The notes: generated from the sequence alone by a model not told the origin. 64,000 nucleotides of DNA from Octopus sinensis (GCF_006345805.1 NC_043006.1:32426001-32490000); one strand, 5' to 3'; counted from the stretch's first letter, positions 13,681 to 27,672 are shown. Made by a program: numbers and translations.

Positions 13681-16600
13681 CTATGTTTGACTTTTGCTTT
13701 ATATTTGTACAAGTTGGCTCCAAGTCTCACCCAGAGACCTCAAGAGACAACAGGGTTGGAAGTTCATGTTGTTGTTATGCCTAGTGTGCCATATATTTGG
13801 GGGGTGGGGATGTTGTACCAATGAATGTCTAAAAAAAAAAAAAAGTTTTTTTTTTTTTTAAACCGAAAATTATGGTTGTTTTTAAACCTTGAGGTTACAT
13901 AGAGAGTATTTTGCGTAGGATATGAGCAGTTCCCATGAGCACTATCTTTTGAACTTCTGCCATTTTTGGGTTTCCTGGTATCTGAGTTAGGTAGCTATCA
14001 GCCCCTTTTGCTATCATTCCCAGGGCACCTATGACAACAGGTATTGTTTTAGTCTTCAGCTTCCACATTTTGCTGATTTCTATTTCAAGATCTTTATATT
14101 TGCTCAGTTTTTGGTAGGTCCTGACAGATACGTTTATATCGATTGGGACAGTCATATCAATGAGGAGGCATGTTCTTTGTTTGAAGTCTTTCAATATGAT
14201 GTCTGGCATATTTGCATCTATCTTCCTGTCAGTTTGAATGGTGAAGTTCCAGAGGAGTGAGATGTGGTCATTTTCAAGCATGGGGGTGGTTTGTGTTCCC
14301 ACCAGTTTTTTTCATGGGGCAAATCCAGGTTTTTACAGATTACCCAGTGAATATATTGTGCAGCTCTATCGTGCCTGTTGAGATACTCTGTAGGCGCTAG
14401 AAGACTGCACTTGGAGACCACATGGTCAATGGTTTCATTTTGTTGCTATACACGACACGTTGGACTGCTTCTGATCTTTAATATGTTGGCCTGGTAGTTT
14501 CTTGTTGGTAGGCATTGATCTTGAGCTGCTATGATAAACCCTCTGTTTCAGATTTTAAGCCAGAGGCCATTAGCCATTGATGGGTCAGGGCTTTGTCGAT
14601 ATCTGCATTATTCGCTCTCTTGGGTATTTGCCATAGAGAGAGGTTTTTCTTGCCATTTATTATTCAGAATATCTAAGGCCGCAGTTTTGGCACGGGTTTT
14701 CATGCGCCTAGCTTTTCTGTGCTTGTTTCTTGTATGTCTATCTCTAATTCCGAAATTGGTTGTATTCGGAATTCACTTAGATATTCCTTTGCCTGTTTTG
14801 TGACTGAGTATGATGCTTTCTTGTTTTCATGTTTTGAGACAAGTTTTAACATCCAGTCCTCAGAGTTTTTCAGGTAGGTGTCTAGGCCAATTGTAGCAAT
14901 CTTCATTGTTATTGCCAGTTGCAAAAGACCACGGCCTCCCTCTTTTCTTGGCAGATAGAGTCGTTCTGTATCTGCCTTAGGGTGGTGCATTCTATGCATT
15001 GTCAACAGTTTCCTTATTTTTCTGTCGAGCTGACATATTTCAGTAATTGACCAGTTAACAATATTGAAACTGTAAGTCACGACTGGTATAGCTAATGCAT
15101 TGATTGCTTCGATCCTGTTTCTTGCATTCAGCTCTGTCTTGAGTATTGCTCTCACTCTTCGATAGCATTCTCTCCTGATCCTTTCCTTCATCTCTGAATG
15201 CCTTATTCCGTTCCCTTCAATTACCCCTAGGTACTTGTAGCTCTCTGGGTCTAGTTCTTTTATGACATTCTGTTGGTCAAGGTTAACGTTAGATGTTTCT
15301 GTCATTTTTCCTTTGATAAAGGTAGCCTTTGCACATTTATCGAGGCCGAATTGCATTCTGATGTCGTCACTGAATTGTTTGACTATCGCTAGTAAGCCCT
15401 TGAGTTGTTGATCATTTTTTGCAAAAAGCTTTAAATCATCCATGTAAACGAGATGATTTATATTTTTATCAAACATTTTATACCCGTACTGCGCGTCATT
15501 GAGCAGCTTTGAGAGAGGTATTAAGGATAAACAAAAGAGGAGTGGTGACAGTGAGTCACCCTGGAAAATGCCACACGAAATTTTTACATCACCAGCATTT
15601 AGGGATTCACTGTCACTGTTCAGAGTTAGTGTGGTTCTCCATGATCTCATACTTACAGTCAAGAAGTTTCGCAGAGTTGGTGCTATCTTATACTTTCAAG
15701 GCATTTCCTAATCCAGCTATGTGGTAGGCTATCAAAAGCCTTTTTATAGTCTATCCAGGCTATTGATAAGTTTTTGTGTCGTTTGTGACAATCTTCTAAG
15801 ATCATCTTATTGATGAGTAGTTGGTTTTACAGCCGTAGGATCCACGTTTACATCCTTTCTGTTCATTAGGGAATATGCTGCTGTCTGTTAAAAAACTATA
15901 GGTATATTCCGTCAGGACAGATGTTAGTGTTTTGTACATAGTTGTTAAGCAGGTTATGGGTCTATAGTTTTTGGTTCATTTGTTTCTTCACTTTTTGGAA
16001 GCAGGAATGTTAACCCATTAACTAGCCAAGGAGGCATCCTACTAGGGTGTTGCAAAACATCATTGTACAGTTCTGTTAGCAGTTCATGGCTCTCTGGGAA
16101 GGCATTCAGCCAGAAGTTAGGAATTTTATCCTTTCCTGGAGACTTCCATTTGCTTGACCTCCTGAGAGCAGATCTTATATCTTCTACCTTGACACCCTCC
16201 CACTTTTGCTCTTCTAAGGGGTCCAGTTCTGTAGATATTCTGTCAATCCAGGGGGCCTTTTCGTTGTGTTGTTTTTCTTCTGCCCAGATTTTATTCCAAA
16301 ATCTCTGCACTTCTTCTTTTGATGGTACAGACCCTGCAGTAAACGCTGTTTTTCCTATCTTCCTGTAAAAATTCTTGGTGTTATTTTTGAACATGTTGTT
16401 GTCCTTGAAAAATCTAACACGCTTTTCATACTCGCTATGCGGGCAGCTTTGGCAGATACCTTTTGTTTGATGGTTCTATGGTGGCATCAATATCAAGTAT
16501 AGTTTTTATATTGTATTTTTTCAGTAATTTGGGTTTTTGTAGGTTTGGTAGTCTTGTGAGCCTTAAGGTTTTTCAAATATTCAATGTCAGATCTAAATAC

Positions 16601-17166
16601 TTTAATTTGTTGTTGCAGACGCTCTTGCCAAGAAGGCTTTTTGTGGGACTGTTGCCGTTTTCTAATCTTTACACCACATAGGATCGTTGAGATTTTCGCG
16701 GATGCATAGTATAGGTGGTTGAGGTTTGTGATATCAATCATTAACTGAAATTATATCCTTAAGTGCAAGCCGGATTTTACCAATTATTTTCATGTTTTGG
16801 TTAGAGTTGCGGATTTTAGGAAGTATATCACGCTCATCCATGCTGGTTTCTTTAATTTTCAGCCATTCAATCATGATTTGATTTTTTAGCTCATGTAGTT
16901 CTGTTGGGTCAATATTGTGTGACTTTCTTTATCTATTTGATGCTCATCTGTCTTAGTGTTTATGATTGGTTCAGGGCGTATTTCACTTTGCCTATCACTT
17001 ATACTAACTCTTTCAATCCTCTCTTCGTTTTTATCCGCCCTGGGCTGGTCTATAATCATTTCCTCTGTATTATCTTCTCTAGCTGCAGCTTCGTTCATTT
17101 TATCCGATATTGCTTGTCTAACCTGATCAATCTCTACTTCAGTCAGTAATTTCTTTTTTATATTTC

Positions 17167-17168
<2 letters not shown>
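13681..17168 (-). mobile_element. R4/Dong-clade non-LTR retrotransposon, 5'-truncated and frameshifted (RT, CCHC knuckle, RLE, 3' UTR)
   Basis: WKSPGKDKIPNFWL, GIFQGDSLSPLLFC, YMDDLKLF, YKYLG, HHPKADTERLY, RHDRAAQYIHW, PDIILKD...LLIDMTVP...KLSKY...IPVVIGALG; (TAA)n at both ends. Confidence 0.93.
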
Positions 17169-17237
<69 letters not shown>

Positions 17238-17837
17238 TATTGTATTATAATATACTGAGGTTATTATTTATACCAGTATGTAAAAGGGTTGATCACGCAT
17301 CAGACAACAAACTGAGGTTTGTCATTTTATATCCTATCACGGATATTAGTATCTGTTTAGTACCAAAAAACGCCATAACTCTCATCAGCCGAGTTCACAC
17401 AAGACTAAGTAAGAACAGCAGAAAGGTATTATTTAATTCACAGCTATATGCATCGTCAGACCTGAAACATTGATGAATCTTTCATTAGCTTGAAAAGCTG
17501 ATAATCTTACTGACCTGTCCGGATGAGAAGGAGATTGACATTTCATCTTCTTAAAGCCACAGAAATCGAAGCTGAACGTCGACACAATAAACCTCAGCTG
17601 TCCATGAAAATGGAAGAGAAAGAAATGAAATATTAAAATGATAAGATTCCGGTAACAAATAAAAAAGAAATGTGATTGCTGTCTTGAGAATGACGTTTGT
17701 CATAGTTCTTCTCTCCTCGTTAAAGGTTAAATAATAGAAGGCTATGAATGCACTCTATATCGTTATGTGTTCATAAAAAATATAGATATAGATGTGTATG
17801 GATACATCCATCCATATATGAAAATATATAATATATA

Positions 17838-18011
17838 GGCGCGGGAGTGGCTGTGTGGTAAGTAGCTTGTTTACCAACCACATGGTTCCGGGTTCAGCCC
17901 CACTGCGTGGCACCTTGGTCAAGAGTCTTCTACTATAGCCTCGGGCCGACCAAAGCCTTGTGACTGGATTTGGTAGACGGAAACTGAAAAGAAGCCCGTC
18001 GTATATATGTA

Positions 18012-18089
<78 letters not shown>

Positions 18090-18303
18090 TGTGTGTGTTT
18101 GTGTGTCTGTGTTTGTCCCCCTAGCATTGTTTGACAACCGATGCTGGTGTGTTTATGTCCCCGTTACTTAGCGGTTCGGCAAAAGAGACCGATAGAATAA
18201 GTACTGAGCTTACAAAAAGAATAAGTCCCGGGGTCGAGTTACTCGATTACAGGCGGTGCTCCAGCATGGCCGCTGTCAAATGACTGAAACAAATAAAGAA
18301 ATT
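17838..18303 (+). mobile_element. tRNA-derived SINE (family A, OR-like) with internal (TA)n
   Basis: A-box-like GTGGCTGTGTGG, B-box-like GGTTCAGCCCC, CORE-like GGCACCTTGGTCAAG, tail TGACTGAAACAA. Confidence 0.85.
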
Positions 18304-18434
18304 AAAGAATGTATAAATGTCTCCCTCTCTCTGTCTTTGTGTGTATGTGTGTGTGTATGTGTGTGTGTATGTGTGTATGTGTGTGTGTATGTGTGTATGT
18401 GTGTGTGTATACATATACATACATATATACATAT

Positions 18435-18705
18435 AAGAAGAGCATAATTGTGTTTCCAAATTACCAACAGTTGTTTTGGCAGCATTTTACTGATGATAGC
18501 AAAAATCTGCCATCATCAGGTAAATTAAAACACTTAAACAGGCAAGATGGAAATGGAAGGTGACCAGTAATATTGTAAACCTCTGTATTTCTTGGGTTGA
18601 CTTCCCACCCTACGTATGTTCAGTAAATACGTATGTTCAGATGAAACACAGATAAACAAAGAGTATACTTTCATACAAAAGTACAATCCCAGACATAACA
18701 AAGTA
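18435..18705. mobile_element. Penelope-like relic: inverted hammerhead motif plus possible GIY-YIG C-terminal fragment
   Basis: Minus 18461-18523 reads TTAC-CTGATGA-TGGCAG..CTGCC-AAA-ACAACTGT-T-GGTAA. Plus strand encodes KEYTFIQKYNPRHN, resembling the E..FI....P..N end of PLE endonucleases. Confidence 0.5.
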
Positions 18706-18938
18706 CATACACAAATAACTATTCACACACAAAACTCTTTGCTTACGCAACCACATGTCCGACGCGTACGGGAAAGCCTACTTTTTTTTGTCGCGGGCTT
18801 ACCTGCTCCGTTATTATACTATTATCTTTAGTCATTACACGGTGATCGCTATGAGCTGTAAGCTTATAAAATACTATTATTATTATTTACAGAATTGTAA
18901 AAATCGACACTGCTTAACAAAACCATCGCAGTGAAAGC

Positions 18939-18980
<42 letters not shown>

Positions 18981-20429
18981 TAGTCAGGGCAGCTCTCTGA
19001 AGTGTTCGTATGTCTTCTTTAAACTTCTCCATAAATAATTAACTTTGTTCCTCTGTTCGTAGTTATGCTATTATTTCCCATGTTTTAACTCGTGATTTAC
19101 TCTGGCTATATATTTACAGTACAAACACAGAGAAAACAAATTTATCGATACAACACATCATAAATTAGAATTAGTATATTAATATTAGAAAATAACCTTA
19201 AAAGCTTACATTTTCAAAAAGTCTTAACTGCATATTTCGTGTTTGTCTCTCCTTTTCCAACAGTCTTGTTCTATTTCCCGTTCGTCTTCAGATACATTAG
19301 AAATTTAAGATATATTGAAAATAACCGGTGAAAATAATAGAAAACAGAAAACGTTACACTTTTCTATAAAATAACAAAATCGTGGGAATTTTTGATACGA
19401 ACATACGAATTTATGTACAATATTTTTGTCAGCTTTATAGAAAAATTTGAAAGAAATTTGTTATATTTAATTAGTAAGACGTAGTTATTGCCAATTCATA
19501 TAAATGTTATATCGATTCAATGGTATCAGTAGATGTAAGAGTATCTTTCATCATTTAAAAGGCAAATGACTTCTTACTAAAGATTTTTCCTCGCTAGCTA
19601 TCACTTTATTTCACTTTCTGTTTCTCCTCTTACTCATACCCTTAGTCTTTCATAATGTTCTGTAGTCTATCCACTCTTTAATACAGATATGTGTGTGTGT
19701 GTATGTGTGTGTGTTTGTGTATTTATGTATGCATGTGTATATCTATGTATATGCAAGGGTCTGTTTATTTTCTATACCACTCTTCTTTAATATCTGTCTC
19801 ATGTAACGTTCGACATCTCTAGTTAAGTATGTTCGAGATGGAAATTATCTTATATTGTCAAATCTCATTTGAAAGAGAATATGAAATCGGTAGAAATTGT
19901 TGAAAACTCGACTAAATGTTTTGTGGTATATATTGTGATTATCTACAGATGCTACAAAATGCCAGATCTGAGATCGAATGCCAACTAGGTCTATTCTGCA
20001 CTCAAAACTAGAGTCGATAAATTTTATTGGAAATTATATACAAATTCGATTCGATTTCTTATATGTGAATTAAAATGGATTTGTGTCCAGAGTTTCATAC
20101 GTATGTTTGCGTACATTTCAGGTTTGAAGCGAATTTTTTTAGTTCTGCTAGCTTTTAATTTGTACGTAAAACTCTGATGAAAACTGGTTTTAAACATTAT
20201 ATTAATCATTACTTGTAGCCTCGTTTATCACTAATCCGGGATAACATGGTATGCTCAGTTGTGAATAGATTGATCTATGATAACACAACTCGGCGACCAG
20301 TCGAAGATTCTGTAGGTGCCGTGAAAATGTGTCCCACCGAGAACGCACAATGCTCGGCTGTCCAAAAGGCGTTGACTATCGCTTGATTTTTTCTAAACGT
20401 GTTGCGAGGCTGAATATTTTTTACGGAGT

Positions 20430-20615
20430 TCCCGTTGCTCTTGTCCACTCAGCTGGCAAAAATGAGTTGTACCTGTAACTCAAAGGGACAGCCTGAATTC
20501 CCCTGAGAACTACATTTAGGGTACGTGTGTCTGTGGAGTGCTCAGCCACTTGCATATAAATTTCACGAGCTGGCTATCAACTGGAACACTTGTATTTGTA
20601 ACCGACGGGGTGCCA
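20430..20615 (+). mobile_element. SINE (family C) fragment
   Basis: GTCCACTCAGCTGGCAAAAATGAG...GTGCTCAGCCACTTGCA...GTAACCGACGG shared with 21765-22060. Confidence 0.7.
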
Positions 20616-21764
20616 AAAAGAGTGAATTAAATTACATATATATATACGTACCGGAGCAAATCTGAAATAAAATGTCTTGTTCAAGGACACAAGGCGCCGC
20701 TGTGGATTGAACTCACAGCCTTACTATCATGAGAAGAATACCGTGACCACTAAGCCACGCAAATTCACAGATCTATCCTAGAAATGGATTGGTATTTATA
20801 TTATCGGTCCTGGTATTATTACATCCAAAGTCCCTATGGTAAGATTTTAACTGACAGCATAAATTGGCCTAAGGACTGCACAGGATTTTTTCCAATATTC
20901 TTGTGATTTCCGCAATTCCAACATCCCGACGAGGGAAAACATAACAAAAAAAAATAAATAAACAAAACAAGACAAAAACAAAATACCGAACTTCCAATAC
21001 AACGCCTTCTCTACGATATATGATGAAATATATTTCGAGTTGTTGACATCGTTTGTTATAGTTGTTGTTGTTATTGATGATGGTGGCGGTGGTGATGATG
21101 ATGATGATGATGATAGCGTCCTTGTTATTGCCTTCCTCATTATTGTTACTACTAGTGTTGTTGCTGCTATTGTTGTTGTTGTCGATGATAATGATGATCA
21201 TGCTGATCATGATGATGATGATATTGTTGTTGTTGTTGATGATGACGATGCCCTTGTTATTGCTTTCGTCCTTATCACCGCTACAAGTATTGCCGCTGTT
21301 GCTACTAAAATTGTTATTGCTGTAATCACTCAAATCAAGTCCGATCTCGCAGATTCCTGATCAAAGCCATTCTGTCCTTTACCAGACAACATTACATTAT
21401 CCAGATTAAGGTGTGATTGAGGGAGATATGGATACTGTTGTCAGCATGTCAAGCGAACGTACCGGGCTTCACCCATTAGCTCCACTTCATGTAATTCCCC
21501 CAGAGCTAATAGACTCGTATCCTCTCATGTGATAACTAAGCAATTTTCTTGGATTGCTTAATCAAACAGTGAACAAAGATTGCATCCGACATTTAATGAA
21601 GACTTTGTTCATAAAAGGGCTTTGATCCATCCGCCTCAGGAGAAAATTTCTAACCACACCAAGTTATAAGCGAGAAAAATAATAAAACATATAAATTTGC
21701 TTATGTGGCTATATGCCTGCATAAAAATATACTCACATTTATGTGTTTGTGTGTGTGAATGTGC

Positions 21765-22060
21765 ATGGCTGAGTGGTTAGGGTATGCGGCTCACGAACGT
21801 AAGGACGTAAGTTCGATACACAGCAAGACGCTTTATATCCCGTTGCTCCAGTCCACTCAGCTGGCAGAAATGAGTTGTACCTATAATTCAAAAGGGTCAG
21901 CCTTGTCATATTCGGTGTCACGCTGAACCCCCTTGAGAATTACGTTAAGGGTACGCGTGTCTGTGGAGTACTCAGCCACTTCCACGTTAAATTCATGAGC
22001 AGGCTGTTCTGTTGATCGGATCAACTGGAACATTCATCGCCGTAACCGACGGAGGACCAG
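21765..22060 (+). mobile_element. tRNA-derived SINE (family C)
   Basis: Head TGGCTGAGTGGTTAG...GTTCGATAC; body homologous to 61885-62191 (reverse) and 20430-20615. Confidence 0.75.
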
Positions 22061-22108
22061 TATATATCAGAGACGAGCGAAGCCTTGTAAGGACGGAAGC
22101 TCATTATG

Positions 22109-22220
<112 letters not shown>

Positions 22221-23472
22221 CCGTAATGAGGAAGAAAATGTCAAAGGACATATAATAGGTACTTACAATAAGTGCTCAGATCAAACCAAAAGTTTTAAAC
22301 TTCGACGTGAAATGCGAAATACTGGATTTGTACAAATGTTGGCTATAGGCAATGTAGCTGATGTAGCTAAAATAAAATAAATTTGAAAGAACCAGTTTTA
22401 ATACATCAAATCGTTTATAGCATATTTAGACAGGAGAGAAAAACCATACTATGTAAATATAGCAGTAAAACACCAGAATCCACAGGGTGAACGTTTGCAA
22501 GACCAGATAAATCACATAATAACGTCGCTGATAGAATAGAAGGGCATTTGAGAGGTCCTTGTTCATTCGATCAGGATAGATAAGCAAAACCCATGATATC
22601 ATTGGCGAAAATCTCGCAGGTGATGGGTATGAAAGAGTAAGTCCTACTTTACAGCTGTTTCTGGAGTATGTGCAATTTACAAGTAGATTTGTGCATTTTG
22701 CCAACATATGTATAAGACAGATGGGTATAATTTACTGAAGTTGCACAGTTTAAGTAATTTGAGTAAATTGACCCACGTACTTTAATAAAAGTATATTTAG
22801 TCTCATTCTACAAATTTGATCACGTGGTTGACTGCAGAGTGAATAAAACAACTAGACTCTCCTAGCCTGACCATCATAGGCGAATCATAGAAGCAAATAG
22901 TAGCTGATACCTAGCTGTGAGTTACGGGCAGTGCGTTAACTTCTTTGAATATTTTTACATTCATTGGCAGCGCATATTAGTTCAATACTGAGAAATACTC
23001 TGTGTATGTATAAATGGATTATATGCGCTCGATTTATAGTTAATTTTCAGGTCATTCTGCAGTGTTTCGTTCGTCGTATATGTGACGAAATCTGTGTTTA
23101 TGAACAGTACGCAGGGAAGCTTGTTTCAGATTGATCCAAATACACGCTCCCTGAGCTCTTTACTTAAGTAATCTGCACCGCCGTCATCGAATATATCTCT
23201 ATGCAAACGTGTAGAAGCTTTACTCTTTGTATCTCTTCCGCTCTCATTCTTTTTCTCTATCACTTTCTCTGACGCTCTCGCTGTCTCTCACACACAAACG
23301 CTAATTCTTTAGGCTTTTTTTGTGGATTTTACTTAACGCAAGTTTGCTATTTACGATTTAGCGACAGATAGATGGATAGATAGATAGGTAGATAGGTAGG
23401 TACATAAATAGGTATATATATAAATAGATAAATAGGTAGCTAGCTAGATAGGTAGATAGATAGGCACACACA

Positions 23473-23511
<39 letters not shown>

Positions 23512-23594
23512 CATATACAAATGGAAGATGGCCGGATAGATACATAATATATTTGTATGTATACATGTATGGGTGCATGTATGTACGTATGTAC

Positions 23595-23651
<57 letters not shown>

Positions 23652-23802
23652 TACACACACATATATATATATGTGTATACATATCTATTAAATATATAAA
23701 TATATATGTGTGCGTGCATGTGTGTGAGTATGTGTGTAAGTGTGTTTGTGTATGTGAGTAGTGTATACATATATACGTGTATGCACCGAGAACCTCATTA
23801 AT

Positions 23803-25277
23803 GGCTTAGGAGTGAAATTTATCAGTTTTCTGTGAATCGATTTTCATAAAACTTTTCCCAGCTGGTCTGCACACTATGTCAACACCATTGTTATGTTTCC
23901 ATTATTCTGTGTAACATCATTCTTTTTTTTATTTCAGATTATTCAGTTTTTGCGTGAACTACGATAATAGCTTTTGAATGAAAGTAGCCCATCTAGACAT
24001 TTTGTTTCCAGAAAATGAAGAATGATGATACATATTAAGCATACATTGAGTATATATTTAAAAAAAAGACCATAATAATATTATAACATATATTGACATA
24101 ATGAATTATTTATCCACATGAGCGCTATTTCGATGTATAACTTCAAAATCCCTATTAGTCATGGAATCTGTCAATTTCTTAATAGTAGCAGGTTTGACTG
24201 CTTCTGCTGCAGCTTTGATGGTCGCCCATAAGACATCTTTTGACATAAATTGGTGTCCATCGACATAAACATCTTGTTTAATGATGGATCAAAGATTTTC
24301 GAAAGGGTTGAGATCCGGAGATGCTGGTGGCCAAACCATCAACCTTTCACTTTGTATGCTGTAAGATCCTAGGAATGTTTCGGTGGTCCTAACAGAGTGG
24401 GAGGGAGCATTGTCATGCATGAATACAAGATTCCTTAGAAGTGACAGCGGTGTGTCTTCTAGCCAGGGATCCAAGACCGCTTTTGGGAGAATGTAGTAGG
24501 CGGCTGCGGTCGCTTTACCCACTTCAGGCACCCTGGCTAGGTCAACAAGTCAGACCCCAATGATACCAGCCCACAACATGACTCCTCCACTCTGTTGTTG
24601 ACGTCGTAAATATTGGTGACGCTCATCTCCAAAATAGACCCAACCATTTGTCCAATCAGGTCCGTCAAGAGTCACCCTGGTTTCATCGGTGAAAAGAACA
24701 CAACTAATGTCTAACGTTATGTACTTTTGGGCCCGTTGAAGGCTCAAACTCCTGTGACGGTATGTTAAAGGACGCAGTTTCAGGGGTTGTCGCACGGAAG
24801 CCATGGCCCCGAGGATGCGATTTCTTGGGGGTTTCGGTACATGAGTAAGTCCGGAGGTAGTGAAAATGGCTTTGCTTGTTTGTCCAGGTTTCCCACGTAA
24901 CTTGCAGCGAATATTCTTTAAATCCCTAGCTGTCCCAGTCTTGGAGGTCCCACACTCCTATCGTTTCTTCCTTGGTGAGTGGTCCTTCGGGAATCGTCTA
25001 ACCGTGTCCATATGACGATCTACTTCTCCGAAATGACATGACAGACCTTTTCTTAAATGTTAAGGCGTTTTCCACGTCCCATTGTTCTTAGAGAAGAGAA
25101 ACGCCATTAGCGTGGTTCACCCCAAAGATGAAGAATCTGAAATAAAATGAAAGGCGTTACACAGAATAATGAGAACATAATAATAGTGTTGCCATAGAAT
25201 GCAGACCAGCTGGGAAAAGTTCTATCAAAATCGATTCACAGAAAACCGAGAAATCCAACATTACACTCCTAAGCTTT
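23803..25277 (-). mobile_element. Degenerate Tc1-like DNA transposon with about 140-bp TIRs
   Basis: Transposase motifs VLFTDETRVTLDGPD, VMLWAGI, FMHDNAPSH, WPPASPDLNPFENL. Inverted repeats 23804-23944 and 25132-25275 (e.g. TTTTCCCAGCTGGTCTGCA / TGCAGACCAGCTGGGAAAA). Confidence 0.88.
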
Positions 25278-25908
25278 TAGCGTGGTTCTGGGTGTATATG
25301 ATATACACAGACACCTTTCTGCGTGTGTTTAGTGTGTATGTGTGTGTGTGTGTGTAAGAGAGAGAGAGGGAAAGAGGAGAGAAAGAGAGAGAATGAGAAA
25401 GAGAGAAAAAGAGAGAGAGAGAGAGAGTGGAAGAGAGAATGAGAAAAAGAGAGAAAGCGGAAAGAGAAAGAAAGAAAGAAAGAAAGAGGAAGTGAGAGAG
25501 AAAGTGAGAGAGGAAGAGAGAAAGGAAGAGAGAGAAAGAGAGAGAGAGAGAAAGAGAGAGAGAGAAAGAAATAGGGGAGAAAAAAGAGAGACAGAGAGAG
25601 ACAGAGAGAAGTGAAAAGTTGCACATCAGACGATAAGGTAGTTATTAGGGCAGTTCAGCCTATAAATCATTTTCGTCTTTAAACTGTTGCTCCCACATTT
25701 CTTTCCGAATGTCTGATTTCTGAGAATTGGCATTCTCTCAAAAGAATCATCGATAATACATTTGATCAGGTTTAAATATAAAACCAAAAATCAAAACGTG
25801 AATCAACGAGAGTCTCTCTCTCTCTATATGAAGTTACTGGACTGCAAGAAACAATAGTCAATGTTAGTCAAGTTGCATGGTATTGTCTTTAAAATGGTGA
25901 AGGTATTT

Positions 25909-25960
25909 CAGTTCTATATTTAAGAGATGAGGAATTATGTACATTATTTACATTATTTAC
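25909..25960 (-). mobile_element. Terminal fragment of the 6459-6733 Penelope-like family
   Basis: CAGTTCTATATTTAAGAGATGAGGAATT...ATTATTTACATTATTTAC matches the reverse complement of 6681-6732. Confidence 0.65.
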
Positions 25961-25963
25961 GTT

Positions 25964-26229
25964 ATTCATATTCGGAGAATGTATTTTTTCATCCTTTCAC
26001 TTGTTTCAGTAATTGTGACTGTTGCCATGCTGGAGCACCGCCTTTAGTCGAACAAATCGCCCCCAGGACTTATTCTTTTTAAGCCTAGTACTTATTCTAT
26101 CGGTTTCTGTTGCCTAACCACTAAGTTACGGAGACATAAATACACCAACATCGGTTGTCAAGGAATGGGTTGGGGGACAAACACAGACACACAAGTACAT
26201 ACAAATACATACATACATATAAATATATG

Positions 26230-26314
<85 letters not shown>

Positions 26315-26576
26315 TTTATATGTATGTATGTATTTGTATGTACTTGTGTGTCTGTGTTTGTCCCCCAACCCCATTCCTTGACAACCGATGTTGGTGTATT
26401 TATGTCTCCGTAACTTAGTGGTTAGGCAACGGAAACCGATAGAATAAGTACTAGGCTTAAAAAGAATAAGTCCTGGGGGCGATTTGTTCGACTAAAGGCG
26501 GTGCTCCAGCATGGCAACAGTCACAATTACTGAAACAAGTGAAAGGATGAAAAAATACCTTCTCCGAATATGAATA
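25964..26576. repeat. Near-perfect inverted duplication (arms about 270 bp) centred on (TA)n, within a family A SINE
   Basis: Arms share private substitutions and non-SINE flank. I see two mismatches outside the microsatellite. The SINE head continues at 26675-26812 (minus). Confidence 0.9.
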
Positions 26577-26609
26577 TATCTATATATATATATATACACA
26601 CACACACAT

Positions 26610-26676
<67 letters not shown>

Positions 26677-27029
26677 GACGAGCTTTTTTCAGTTTCCGCC
26701 AACCAAATCCACTCATTAGGCTTTGGTCGGCCCAAGGTTAAAGCAAATGACATTTGCCCAAGGTGGCACGCAATGGGACTGAACCCGGAACTATGTCGTT
26801 GGAAAGCAAGCCTCTTTGGAGGATTTATTCATCGATGCACTTTCGTTTATCTCTTTCTCGTTTCAGTCATTGGAGTACGTCCATGCTGGGGTACCGCCTT
26901 GAAAGGTTTAGTTGAACAAAGCGACCCCGGGACTTGATTCTTTAAGCCTGATACTTATTCTATCGGTGTCTTTTGCCGAACAACTAAGTTACATGAATCT
27001 AAACAAAGCCAAACAGGTTTTCAAGTGGT

Positions 27030-27064
<35 letters not shown>

Positions 27065-27070
27065 CACACA

Positions 27071-27104
<34 letters not shown>

Positions 27105-27179
27105 ATAGTAAACGCACACAATAACATATACACTCACACAATAACATGAGCACACACAATAACATAGGCACACACAATT

Positions 27180-27672
27180 TATCGATTGCGAAAGAATGAA
27201 AGGCAAAGTCGACCCCGGCGGAATTTGAACTCAGAACGTAAAGACAGATTAAATACTTATTTCTTTACAACCCACAAGGGGCTAAACACAATGGAGACAA
27301 ACAAGGACAGACAGACGGATTACGTCGATTATATCGATCCCAGTGATTAACTAGTACTTAATTTATCGACCCCGAAAAGATGAAAGGCAAATTCGACCTC
27401 GGTGGAATTTGAACTCACAACGTGACAGCAGACGAAATATCTATTTCTTTACTACCCACAAGGGGCTAAACACAGAGAGTACAAACAAGGACAGACAAAC
27501 GGATTAAGTCGATTATATCGACCCCAGTGCGTAACTGGTACTTAATTTTTCGACTCCGAAAGGATGAAAAGCAAAGTCGACCTCGGCGTAATGTGAACTC
27601 AGAACGTAACGGCAGACGAAATACCGCTAAGCATTTCGCCCGGCGTGCTAACGTTTCTGCCAGCTCGCCGCC
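27180..27672 (-). mobile_element. Tandem array of SINE family B units
   Basis: Three repeats of GATGAAAGGCAAAGTCGACCTCGG.GGAATTTGAACTCA; head GGCGGCGAGCTGGCAGAAACGTTAG at 27672. Confidence 0.85.

Noticed and set aside
13236-13824. Pro/Thr/His/Cys homopolymer ORFs that look like a mucin or membrane protein
   Set aside because: Compound trinucleotide repeat running into a Dong 3' UTR
23148-23169. TCCCTGAG start resembling miR-125/lin-4
   Set aside because: The rest diverges and there is no downstream complementary arm for a 5p precursor
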